Of a stretch of 64,000 nucleotides of DNA, positions 1 to 8,698 are shown piece after piece; within the stretch, counting starts at the first letter, position 1; every line of letters begins with the position of its first letter. This stretch comes from an uncultured Chloroflexia bacterium. GTDB lineage: Bacteria; Chloroflexota; Anaerolineae; JAAYZQ01. Location of the stretch: NCBI GenBank assembly GCA_963700285.1, contig CAVOXA010000014.1:896001-960000 (forward strand), given 5' to 3'. The notes beneath the pieces were generated by a model. The model saw only the letters and a list, made by a program, of their open reading frames with translations. It had not been told where the DNA came from and searched no databases. The position numbers and the translations under genes are program-made.

Positions 1-726
1 CAAGGCTTAGCGACGCCGGGCACAGAGATGAACACATTGGAGATGCCCTTCGGTCGCATCGGTCTGCTCATCGGCCGGGATGCCCTCTATCCCGAATTGG
101 CCCGAGTACTGGTGCTACAGGGCGCAGACGCTCTCGTTGGCATCGCAGCCAGTCCAGGCGCAGCGCAAGCCAGTGTATTCCGATCAGCGATGGCCCTACG
201 TACCGAAGAGAACCAGGTATTCGCAATGGCCAGTTTCCTCTTGGGGCCAAACTATGCAGGGCAGGAGAACCGGGAAGACTATCTGGGACAATCGGCCCTC
301 CTGGCGCCGATTTCGTTGAGCGCCAAGGGCGACGGTGTCCTGGTCCAAGCCGGCACCAACCGCACTGAAAGCCTGATCGCTTCCGAGCTGGATGGTCAGG
401 CCTTGAACAACCTCCGGGAAACCAGCCGCTTCCGTCCGCGAAACCAAATGAACTTGGGCAGCCATGGGATGGATCTGGCCAATTTCTATCAAGAAGGGCT
501 GACCATCGAGCAGATTGTTGCCCAGACCGTCGCTGCATCAGAGCTCCCCGAGCCAGAGTTACCAGTCGAACCACTTCCAGACCTGGATGTCGATGATACG
601 GAAGATCTGGCTGAGCCCATTCTACAGCCTGAGGAATTGGAGGCAGAAATGGATCTAGCCTCAGTCCCAGAAGCACTGTCACTGACAGGCTTCCAGGACA
701 ATGAGGAAGAGACTCTGGCTGAATAA
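1..726 (+). CDS. Carbon-nitrogen hydrolase (nitrilase) family protein, 5' end outside window; acidic Pro/Glu-rich tail
   Basis: Frame is open from base 1. GRIGLLIGRDALYPELARVLVLQGAD and RTEENQVF match the nitrilase G-x-x-I-C-x-D-x-x-F-P-E..R / RA-x-EN pattern, but the Cys position is Gly. Confidence 0.75.
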   Translation, partial: QGLATPGTEMNTLEMPFGRIGLLIGRDALYPELARVLVLQGADALVGIAASPGAAQASVFRSAMALRTEENQVFAMASFLLGPNYAGQENREDYLGQSALLAPISLSAKGDGVLVQAGTNRTESLIASELDGQALNNLRETSRFRPRNQMNLGSHGMDLANFYQEGLTIEQIVAQTVAASELPEPELPVEPLPDLDVDDTEDLAEPILQPEELEAEMDLASVPEALSLTGFQDNEEETLAE

Positions 727-734
727 TACACTCT

Positions 735-1862
735 ATGGCTGATCCCGAAATCACGCCGTGCCAGGATCCTAGCCTGGCCCTTGATATACTGGTCGAGGCA
801 TCCCGCGCCCACCTGCGCGACTGGCCCAGCCGCTATCCAGAGCATCGGCCAATGGGCTACCTTTGCAGTTACGTGCCCGAAGAGATCATCCACGCCGGGG
901 GCTTTGCACCAGTGCGCGTTCGGGGAACTACCAGACCGCTGCGCCAGGTGGAGGCCCACCTCCAGTCTTTCACCTGCGCCCTCTGCCGCAGTAGTCTCGA
1001 CCAGGCGCTTGACGGCGAGCTAGAGTTCTTGGCAGGAGTGGTCTTTGCCCATTCCTGCGATGCCATGCAAGCCTTGGCCGACCTATGGCAGATGAACACG
1101 CCCCAGAAATATTATGTAGATATAGTCATGCAACCGACCAACATGGGCAATGCTTCTGCTCGCTCGTACCTCATCGCCGAGCTGTACCAATTCCGCGAGC
1201 GGCTGGCCGCTTTTGTTGGGCATGCAATCACAAACGACGATCTGCGGGCCAGCATCGCCCTTTATAACGAGACACGACGCCTGGTACAAGCACTGTTGCC
1301 GCTACGCGATCGCACGAGTTCGCCGCACTTTTTCGCCGTCCTGGATGCGGGCCAATCCATGCCGCGCGAGAGATTCAACCCCTTGCTGGCAGAGTTGCTG
1401 GAAACACTGGAGAGCGTTCCACCAGACTCAGAGAGGCCACAGATCTTTCTCACGGGGGCCGTGCTCGATGAGCCACGCCTTCTGGACCTCGTCCAGGATT
1501 TGGGAGGCCGGGTAGCGGGAGATGATCTGTGCAGTGGTTCACGCCACTTCCACGACCGGGTGGGCGATGGCGATCCAATCTTGGCCATGGCCGAGTACTA
1601 TCTCCTCAGACCTCCCTGTCCCACCAAGTTTCACCCCCTCTACGACCCAGGCCGCAGACTCTTGGATCAGGTCCGGCTCGTGCACGCCCAGGGGGTGGTG
1701 TTCGTCCTGGAGAAATTCTGCGAGCCCCACGCCTTTGACTACGCCCTGACTATTCCAGCGCTCGACAAAGCAGGGATACCCCACCTCCTACTGGAGATGG
1801 AGCAGACGCCAAGTCTGGAAGCCCTCCGAACCCGTCTCCAGGCATTCTTTGAGATTTTGTAG
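735..1862 (+). CDS. 2-hydroxyacyl-CoA dehydratase / benzoyl-CoA reductase subunit family (HgdB/FldC-like)
   Basis: GYLCSYVPEEIIHAGG, CALCRS, HSCDAM, DDLCSGSR, KFCEPH and C-terminal TRLQAFFE. Confidence 0.85.
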   Translation: MADPEITPCQDPSLALDILVEASRAHLRDWPSRYPEHRPMGYLCSYVPEEIIHAGGFAPVRVRGTTRPLRQVEAHLQSFTCALCRSSLDQALDGELEFLAGVVFAHSCDAMQALADLWQMNTPQKYYVDIVMQPTNMGNASARSYLIAELYQFRERLAAFVGHAITNDDLRASIALYNETRRLVQALLPLRDRTSSPHFFAVLDAGQSMPRERFNPLLAELLETLESVPPDSERPQIFLTGAVLDEPRLLDLVQDLGGRVAGDDLCSGSRHFHDRVGDGDPILAMAEYYLLRPPCPTKFHPLYDPGRRLLDQVRLVHAQGVVFVLEKFCEPHAFDYALTIPALDKAGIPHLLLEMEQTPSLEALRTRLQAFFEIL

Positions 1863-1928
1863 CCGGGAGGCAGCAACCCTGGCTCGCGGCTGGCGTATAG
1901 CCAAGGAGCCCATTTCTGCATTGCAGAT

Positions 1929-1957
1929 TTGGGTCAACGTACTGTCTGTGCTATACT
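1929..1957 (+). promoter_or_regulatory. Extended -10 promoter, probably giving a leaderless mRNA
   Basis: TTGGGT-17-TATACT with TG extension (1949-1957). ATG at 1965 is 7 nt downstream and there is no SD. Confidence 0.5.
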
Positions 1958-1964
1958 GACGCCT

Positions 1965-3944
1965 ATGACGAACATACCTTTGGAACAACCATACAAACCT
2001 GAGTTTGTTGAAGCCCAGCTCAAGGAATCCGGAAGCTGGCGCGCTGTGAGGCGTGTGCTTGAGATCCTCAGTGTGCTGCTCACGAGCTTCTTGTGGCGCG
2101 CGATCGACCGCTGGTCCTGGACCTACCGCCAGGGCGAGACGATCGAGGACCGCCAGCGGCGCCGTGCCGAATGGTTACTCGGCCGCATTATTTGGCTGGG
2201 GCCAACCTTTGTCAAGGTGGGACAAACCCTCAGTACACGACCCGATCTGCTGCCCCTATCCTATATCCAGGTGCTGAGCAAACTTCAGGACCAGATTCCA
2301 TCCTTTCCGAACGAGATCGCCTTTGCCTGCATCGAAGAAGAGCTAGGCTGGAAGCCGTGGACTCTGTATGACCAAATGGACCTGGAACCCTTTGCTGCCG
2401 CCAGCCTGGGCCAGGTATACTATGCCGTCACCCACGCAGGCGAGGAAGTGGCTGTGAAGGTCCAACGCCCCGACCTGTTACAGGTCATCAGCCTGGATCT
2501 AGCCCTGATACGTCGTCTGGCTACCATCGTTGAACGTTATCCAAAGCTGAGTCGGGGCCAGCCCTGGGTCAGCATCGTGGACGAGTTCGGGAGCAAGCTC
2601 TTTGAGGAACTGGACTATGTCCATGAAGCGCATCTCACAGAGCGGTTCAAGATCAACGTGGAACAAGTGCCCGGAGTCTATGCCCCCAGCGTCTACTGGG
2701 ATCTCACCAGCCGGCGGGTACTTACCACTGAGCTGATCCGTGGGATCAAGATCACCGAGAAAGAGAAACTTGAAGCGGCAGAAGTTGACATTCCTTTTCT
2801 GCTTAGCCAAGGTGTGCGGGCGAATCTAAAGCAGCTCTTCGAACACGGCCTCTTCCATGCAGATCCACACCCAGGCAACCTTCTGGTCCGTCCCGAAGAT
2901 GGCACCCTCGTGTTTATCGACTTTGGGATGATGGGCATCATTCAACCCGAGCAAAAGCTGCGCATCCTCGAAATCTTTATCGATGTCGTCAATCAGCGCC
3001 CAGAAAACCTGAAGGATAATCTGATTGCCCTCGGCTGCCTGAGACCCGACGCTCGCTGGGACGAGTTGGTACCCATCGCCAATGATCTTTTCAGAGCCCT
3101 GTTTGGCTCGGCGGATCGCCAGCATACCTTCCAGGATGTCACCAACAGTTTTGCTCCCTTGGTATACGAGTACGAGTTCCGCATCCCGGTAGACTTTGCC
3201 TATATTGTGCGGGCCATCATGACCCTCGAGGGCATCAGTCTACAACTGGCGCCCGACTTTGACATCTTTGCTGTGTCCGCACCCTATGCAGCCCGGATGA
3301 TGTTGACCTTTCCCGATCCCAGCCTGCGCAAGCGCCTGCTGGACGAACTGCTGACCGAGGATGGGACAGTAGACTGGAAACGGCTTGACGATCTGGCGGC
3401 ACTGGCAGCACACGACACCAGCTTTCGCCTTGAGACCGAGGGATTGGTCGAACCGGCGCTGGACATGATACTGTCGCCCGAGGGTGCAGGACTGCGAAAA
3501 GCGCTCATCGCCGATCTAATACACGCCCCAGAAAAGTCGTCTGACAGGATCGAAGGCCTGGCGCCATTGCTGACGACAGACCCCTCCTTCTCCGGTCGCG
3601 ATATCATGGACCGGATGGTGTCCTTTCTCCTGTCACCAGAGGGCGAGGAGACGCGCATGCAACTGGCTGCTGGACTGCGGGCCAACGGCAACGGAGGATT
3701 TGATCTTGTGCGCATCATGGAGCTGGTCGGAATGGCTGGACGGCTGCACCCAGAATTCAATGCCAGGACGCTGGCCCGTTCGCTGGGCGGTTACCTCTTT
3801 TCTGAGAAAGGGAAACCAGCCCGCAACCAACTGGTGGAGGCCGGCGCAATAAAGCTGCTGGACGGCATCGCCGGGCAGCTGAACCGGCTAGCGCGGCCAG
3901 CAGCCACCTCCCCTCGCAAAGTCGTACTCACAAAGAACGAATAG
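1965..3944 (+). CDS. ABC1/AarF/UbiB family atypical kinase
   Basis: LGPTFVKVGQTLSTRPDL, AAASLGQVY, VAVKVQRP, FHADPHPGN, DFGMMG. Confidence 0.9.
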   Translation: MTNIPLEQPYKPEFVEAQLKESGSWRAVRRVLEILSVLLTSFLWRAIDRWSWTYRQGETIEDRQRRRAEWLLGRIIWLGPTFVKVGQTLSTRPDLLPLSYIQVLSKLQDQIPSFPNEIAFACIEEELGWKPWTLYDQMDLEPFAAASLGQVYYAVTHAGEEVAVKVQRPDLLQVISLDLALIRRLATIVERYPKLSRGQPWVSIVDEFGSKLFEELDYVHEAHLTERFKINVEQVPGVYAPSVYWDLTSRRVLTTELIRGIKITEKEKLEAAEVDIPFLLSQGVRANLKQLFEHGLFHADPHPGNLLVRPEDGTLVFIDFGMMGIIQPEQKLRILEIFIDVVNQRPENLKDNLIALGCLRPDARWDELVPIANDLFRALFGSADRQHTFQDVTNSFAPLVYEYEFRIPVDFAYIVRAIMTLEGISLQLAPDFDIFAVSAPYAARMMLTFPDPSLRKRLLDELLTEDGTVDWKRLDDLAALAAHDTSFRLETEGLVEPALDMILSPEGAGLRKALIADLIHAPEKSSDRIEGLAPLLTTDPSFSGRDIMDRMVSFLLSPEGEETRMQLAAGLRANGNGGFDLVRIMELVGMAGRLHPEFNARTLARSLGGYLFSEKGKPARNQLVEAGAIKLLDGIAGQLNRLARPAATSPRKVVLTKNE

Positions 3945-3969
3945 CCGGCTCGCCAGACATCCCTGTGGG

Positions 3970-4278
3970 GGTGCGACACTGGCGTTTGCCTATCCCCAGT
4001 TCAAGGCCGGCGAGTTCGGCGGCGAGTTTTCGATGGGGAACGTGGACGACTATAAAGTTGGGGCCCGTGTTCTCAATCACAGGGGCAAGTTCTTCCTGTT
4101 ACGCACCGCAGATGGATTCAAGGCCCTGTATCAAGTCTGTACCCATCTGGGCTGCCTGGACCGCGAAATGGATGGCGGTTATGCTTACCCCTGTCACGGT
4201 TCCTTCTTCTCCCCTGACGGGAGACCATCACCGGTGGCCGGCCCGCCACCGCTGCGCCTGCCTGGGGCGCCCTGTTGA
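3970..4278 (+). pseudogene. Decayed Rieske [2Fe-2S] protein (cytochrome bc type) remnant
   Basis: CTHLGC is intact but box II reads YPCHGS instead of CPCHGS. The upstream in-frame GATLAFAYPQFKAGEFGG has no start codon or Tat leader. Confidence 0.6.
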
Positions 4279-4444
4279 GTACGCAGGAGATAGAGGACGC
4301 CATCGCGTTCCCAAGATCAAGACAGTAGTCACTCGGTATCCGAGCTGAGTCAACGAAGGCTTCAGCCGCGGGAAATCCCCAATGCTGCAGCCTTCTGTGT
4401 TGGACGGAGGAGAGCGGAAGTGCTGTGGGTTGAAAGGACAGTGT

Positions 4445-5906
4445 GTGAGAATTCTACTTGCTAGCCCAGAGTCGCACGTGTGGAACTCACGGGCTCACAT
4501 TCACATGGGGTTGGGCTACCTGGCCGGTTCGCTGCTAGAAGCCGGCTTCACCAACCTGACCCTCCACGACGACGCCGTCGAAACAGAGAACATTGCCGAG
4601 GCGCTGCAGCGCGCCACCGCGGAGGGCGAGCCCTATGACATCGTGGGCATTTCCAGCCCCACCCCCCTCATCAACGAGGCTTGGGATGCGGCCCGCCAGG
4701 CCAAGGAGGCGGGGGCCATCACCGTTCTCGGCGGACCCCACCTGACCCTCATGCCAGATGAATCAGCCCACAGGCCAGAGGTGGACCTGGTGGTCCGCGG
4801 CGAGGCAGAAGACACGCTCGTCGAGATCGTGAAACAGTTGGCGAACTGCAATCTGCAACTCACCGCCTGCAACCTGCGATCGATACTCGGGTTAACCTGG
4901 CGAAACGGGGATGGTCAGATAGTCCACAACCCGGCAAGGCCGCTGCGCGATGACCTGGACAATATCCCCTTTCCCGCTCACCAAATGTACAAAATGGAGC
5001 GCTATACCAACCTGCAGCCCCTGACAGATGGACTGGATCCCAACGCCCGGGCCTATACCATCGTCACCAGCCGCGGGTGCCCGTTCACCTGTACGTTCTG
5101 CTCCAAGCCGATCACGGGCGACACCTGGCGACCCCGCTCGGTGGAGAATGTGGTGGCCGAGTGGCGCTGGTTGGTGCAGGATCTGGGGGCCACCGAGATC
5201 GGCATTACCGACGATATCTGGAACCGGGATCTCGATCGGGCCAAGAACCTGTGCCGGGCGCTGATCCGCGAAGGGTTGAATACCACACCCTGGGTCACCG
5301 TCCACGGCATGAAAGTCAACTATGCGGATCCTGAGCTTTTCGAGCTGATGAAGGCCGCCGGCGCAAAGCGGGTGGGCTTTGGCGTAGAGAGCGGCGACGA
5401 GTATATCCTCTCCCGTGTCGTGCGCAAGGGGCAAACCCTGGCACAGACCCGCAATGCCTTCAAGTGGGCCAAAGCTGCCGGACTGCAGACCATGGGCTTC
5501 TTTGTCTTTGGCATGCCAGAAGAGACCGAAGAGACCATGGAAAAGACGACCAAATTGGCACTGGAACTGAGATCCAGACCTGGCCAATTTCATGATCGCC
5601 GCCCCTTATCCAGGCACGCAGCTCTACGATCTGCTGGAAAAGGAGGGCAACATCTTTAGCCATGACTGGACGGACTATGCCATCCACACCGACCAGGCCA
5701 AGTTCGAGATCGGTGACCTGAAGGCAGATCTTGTGGAGCGCAAGTGGCGCGAGGCCTACCGCCGCTTCTACTGGCGGCCAAAGCGGTTGATCAGGCGGTT
5801 GGCGATGCCCGACACCTGGCGGCATCTGCCCGCCCGCCTGCGAGATGCCCACCGTTTCTTTGTTGGCGGCAAGGGTACAAAGGGTGCCTCCAAGACGGCA
5901 GCTTGA
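4445..5906 (+). CDS. B12-binding domain radical SAM protein, frameshifted at ~5570
   Basis: [30 protein letters not shown]. Removing the extra A at 5570 restores [22 protein letters not shown] start follows GAAAGGA. Confidence 0.85.
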
Positions 5907-6001
5907 ATGCAAGCTGCGTCCGAGCCTGCAACCGGGCCCCACTCTCACCACAGGCAAGGTGAGAAGAAGGATCAAAGAGGCATGTGCAAGGAGGATCAAC
6001 G

Positions 6002-6253
6002 ATGAAGCGGGACAGTGTGATCCGCGCCAGCGAGATCGGCCAATACCGCTACTGCGCCCGGGCCTGGTGGTTGGGTCAGGTGATGGGCTACCAGTCCACG
6101 AATGTGGAGGCGATGCGCCGGGGCGAAGACCAGCACCGCGCTCACGGGCGCGGCGTGGTACGATACCACAGGTTGCGCTGGCTGGCCTTGGCTCTGCTCG
6201 GGTTGGCTGGAGCGGCCTTGGTGGCATGGTTGCTCCTGAGCTTGGGGCCATAA
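6002..6253 (+). CDS. Small membrane-anchored protein equal to the N-terminal part of a Cas4-like nuclease
   Basis: SD AAGGAGG. ASEIGQYRYCARAWWL carries the first Fe-S Cys motif of Cas4, then RRGEDQH, then a C-terminal hydrophobic helix. Confidence 0.75.
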   Translation: MKRDSVIRASEIGQYRYCARAWWLGQVMGYQSTNVEAMRRGEDQHRAHGRGVVRYHRLRWLALALLGLAGAALVAWLLLSLGP

Positions 6254-6254
6254 G

Positions 6255-6779
6255 ATGGCCATCTGGTTCCTCCTGGCTGCCTTGGTCACGGGTGGGCTGG
6301 GCATCTGGCTGCTACTGCGTGCAAGGTTCGCCCGCCAGGAGACCGGCCTGCCTTTGGGTCGTGTGGCCTACGTAGACACCGGTGCCTGGAACCGCTGTGA
6401 GCGGCCCCTATTCTCCGATCAGTACCGCTTGACCGGCCGGCCGGACTATCTGGTACAAGGTTCGAAAGGCATGATCCCGGTGGAGGTAAAATCCAGTGCC
6501 GCCCCCGGAAGACCGTATGCGGCGCATGTGCTACAGCTGGCGGCTTACTGCCTGCTGGTTGAGGAGCAGGAAGGTCAGGCGCCCCCATACGGTATCATCA
6601 AGTACCGCGATCGCACTTTCGAAGTTGAGTTCAGCCCTGGCCTCCGCACCGAACTGCTGGACACCCTCGACGCCATGCGCTGGGATTTGGGCGCCCGAGA
6701 GGTCGACCGGGATCACAGAGAGGCTGGACGCTGCCAGGCCTGCGGCTACCGTGAACGCTGCGATCAGCGACTGGCCTAA
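6255..6779 (+). CDS. cas4: Cas4-like PD-(D/E)XK nuclease (solo, no CRISPR locus) with N-terminal transmembrane helix
   Basis: GRPDYL, PVEVKS, QLAAY and C-terminal CQACGYRERC. The N-terminus is hydrophobic (MAIWFLLAALVTGGLGIWLLL). Confidence 0.85.
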   Translation: MAIWFLLAALVTGGLGIWLLLRARFARQETGLPLGRVAYVDTGAWNRCERPLFSDQYRLTGRPDYLVQGSKGMIPVEVKSSAAPGRPYAAHVLQLAAYCLLVEEQEGQAPPYGIIKYRDRTFEVEFSPGLRTELLDTLDAMRWDLGAREVDRDHREAGRCQACGYRERCDQRLA

Positions 6780-6969
6780 GGCTCCCATTGGCTGTTGCAG
6801 CACCCCATGCTTGGCCCAGAGTGGACCGAGCTCACCTGCAGTGGCCTCCAATCACCTTGTAGACGCTGCCGGGTTCGAGGTCATCAGGCATCCTGAACTT
6901 GAAGACTGGTACAATCCAGCTTCAGGCTGGTGAGCTGTCCCCCATCCTTTCTGGGCACTCGATCAGGAA

Positions 6970-6998
6970 TTGACGCAGCGTGAGAAGTGTGCTAAGAT
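6970..6998 (+). promoter_or_regulatory. Sigma70-type promoter for rluB-cmk
   Basis: TTGACG-17-TAAGAT with TG extension. Confidence 0.65.
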
Positions 6999-7011
6999 CG
7001 ACTCAGCCCCG

Positions 7012-7068
7012 GCCATCGCGGGGTAGCATTAGTCTCAAAGAACGCGGCTGTCCGCCATCGTGGGGTAG
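7012..7068 (+). repeat. 15-nt direct repeat in the rluB 5' leader
   Basis: GCCATCGCGGGGTAG (7012-7026) and GCCATCGTGGGGTAG (7054-7068), 42-nt period. Confidence 0.7.
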
Positions 7069-7105
7069 AACCCTGCAGTCTCGCCCCGAGGAGAAAAGCA
7101 ACAGC

Positions 7106-7885
7106 GTGTCAGAAGAATCCAAAGAACGGCTGCAAAAAGTCCTGGCCCATGCTGGGATTGCTTCACGTCGCGAAGCCGAGGGTCTGATCCAGCAGGGCCG
7201 GGTAACCGTCAACGGCCAGACCGTGACCCAGATGGGCACAAAAGTGGACCCAGGTCGCGACGAGATCTGGGTTGATGGCCAACGTATCCAAGTCGCGTCC
7301 CAAATGATATACGTCATGCTTAGCAAACCGTCGGGCACCCTATCGGTCATGGAAGATGATCGAGGCCGCCCCGCACTTGGAGACCTGATACAGGTACCCA
7401 CGCGGATGTACCCCGTGGGACGTCTGGATATTGACAGTGAAGGACTTGTCCTGCTGACCAATGATGGCGAGCTGGCCAATCTGCTCACCCATCCTCGGTA
7501 CCAACATGAGAGAGAATACCGTGTGCTGGTCAATGGACGTCCATCGAAGAAGACGCTCGGCGCCTGGCAGCGGGGCGTCATGCTCGATGGAAAACTCACG
7601 GCGCCAGCCAGGGTGGATGCCATCCGCCAGGAGAAAGACTCGACGTGGCTCAGGATCGTGATGCGCGAGGGACGCAAACGCCAGATCCGGAGCGTGGCGT
7701 CACTGCTCGGCCACCCGGTGCGACAACTGAAACGAGTGCGGATGGGACCGCTGTACCTAGGCCAATTGGAAGTCGGGCAGTGGCGCTATCTAACAAGCAA
7801 GGAGATTAGCGACTTGGAGGCGCTCAAGCGGCTACCCACCAAAGGCAAAACTCGAAAGCCACGAGGTCACGGCCACACCCGTTGA
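7106..7885 (+). CDS. rluB: rRNA pseudouridine synthase, RsuA/RluB family
   Basis: S4 domain ERLQKVLAHAGIASRR, catalytic YPVGRLD, EGRKRQIR. It lies directly upstream of cmk. GTG start follows GAGGAG. Confidence 0.9.
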   Translation: MSEESKERLQKVLAHAGIASRREAEGLIQQGRVTVNGQTVTQMGTKVDPGRDEIWVDGQRIQVASQMIYVMLSKPSGTLSVMEDDRGRPALGDLIQVPTRMYPVGRLDIDSEGLVLLTNDGELANLLTHPRYQHEREYRVLVNGRPSKKTLGAWQRGVMLDGKLTAPARVDAIRQEKDSTWLRIVMREGRKRQIRSVASLLGHPVRQLKRVRMGPLYLGQLEVGQWRYLTSKEISDLEALKRLPTKGKTRKPRGHGHTR

Positions 7886-7936
7886 AGGCGCTCTGCCGAC
7901 GCCGCAGCAGCGCCAAGCGCAGCAAGGAGCCAGACA

Positions 7937-8629
7937 GTGACGCAACCTTTGACCATCGCCATCGATGGGCCAGCAGCATCCGGCAAGAGTACGATCGGCA
8001 GGCTGCTGGCCGATCACCTGAATTTCGTTTACTTTGATACAGGGGCGATGTATCGCGCCGTGACAAATGCCGCTTTGGACCGGGGGGTGCCCATTGAAGA
8101 TGAGGCCGGCGTCACGGCACTGGCGGAGAAATTGGCCATCGATATCCTGCTGCCGACTGTGGATGATGGCCGCCAGTACACCGTGCTGGCCGACGGCGAC
8201 GACGTGACGTGGGCGATCCGGCGGCCGGATGTGGACCGTGGAGTATCGCCGGTGTCGGCCTACGCTGGCGTCCGAGCGGCACTGACTGCCCAGCAGCGCC
8301 GTATCGGCCAAAGGGGCCGGATTGTGATGGTTGGCCGCGATATCGGCACAGTCGTGTTACCGGATGCCGATCTCAAGATCTATCTGGACGCCACGGTGCA
8401 GGAGCGTGCCTGGCGCCGCTATCAAGAAGAGGTGTCGAGAAAAGAACCAGTCGACTATGATGCCGTCTTGGCCTCAATGCGGCGGAGGGACAAGATCGAC
8501 AGCAGACGTATTCTTGCGCCGCTGCAAATCGCTGACGATGCTGTCGTCTTGGACACCACAGGCAAGGACGTACACCAAGTCTTGGAAAAAGTCTTGAGTC
8601 TGGTTGAGGGCTGGAACAGAGGCCAGTGA
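7937..8629 (+). CDS. cmk: Cytidylate kinase
   Basis: IAIDGPAASGKST, DTGAMYRA, GRDIGTVV, RRDKIDS. Confidence 0.97.
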   Translation: MTQPLTIAIDGPAASGKSTIGRLLADHLNFVYFDTGAMYRAVTNAALDRGVPIEDEAGVTALAEKLAIDILLPTVDDGRQYTVLADGDDVTWAIRRPDVDRGVSPVSAYAGVRAALTAQQRRIGQRGRIVMVGRDIGTVVLPDADLKIYLDATVQERAWRRYQEEVSRKEPVDYDAVLASMRRRDKIDSRRILAPLQIADDAVVLDTTGKDVHQVLEKVLSLVEGWNRGQ

Positions 8630-8650
8630 CCAGGTAGCATAGCAACCCTG

Positions 8651-8682
8651 CGCCTGGGACCTTACATTACCCAGGCGTTTTT
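8651..8682 (+). terminator. Intrinsic terminator-like hairpin after cmk
   Basis: CGCCTGGG-N11-CCCAGGCG followed by TTTTT. Confidence 0.55.
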
Positions 8683-8698
8683 GGCAGGGAGAGGTCAG

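Noticed and set aside
6780-6960. Possible tRNA or ncRNA (GGGTTCGAG and an AGCTCACC/GGTGAGCT inverted pair), or a CRISPR array next to cas4
   Set aside because: No cloverleaf or CCA end, and no regularly spaced repeats.
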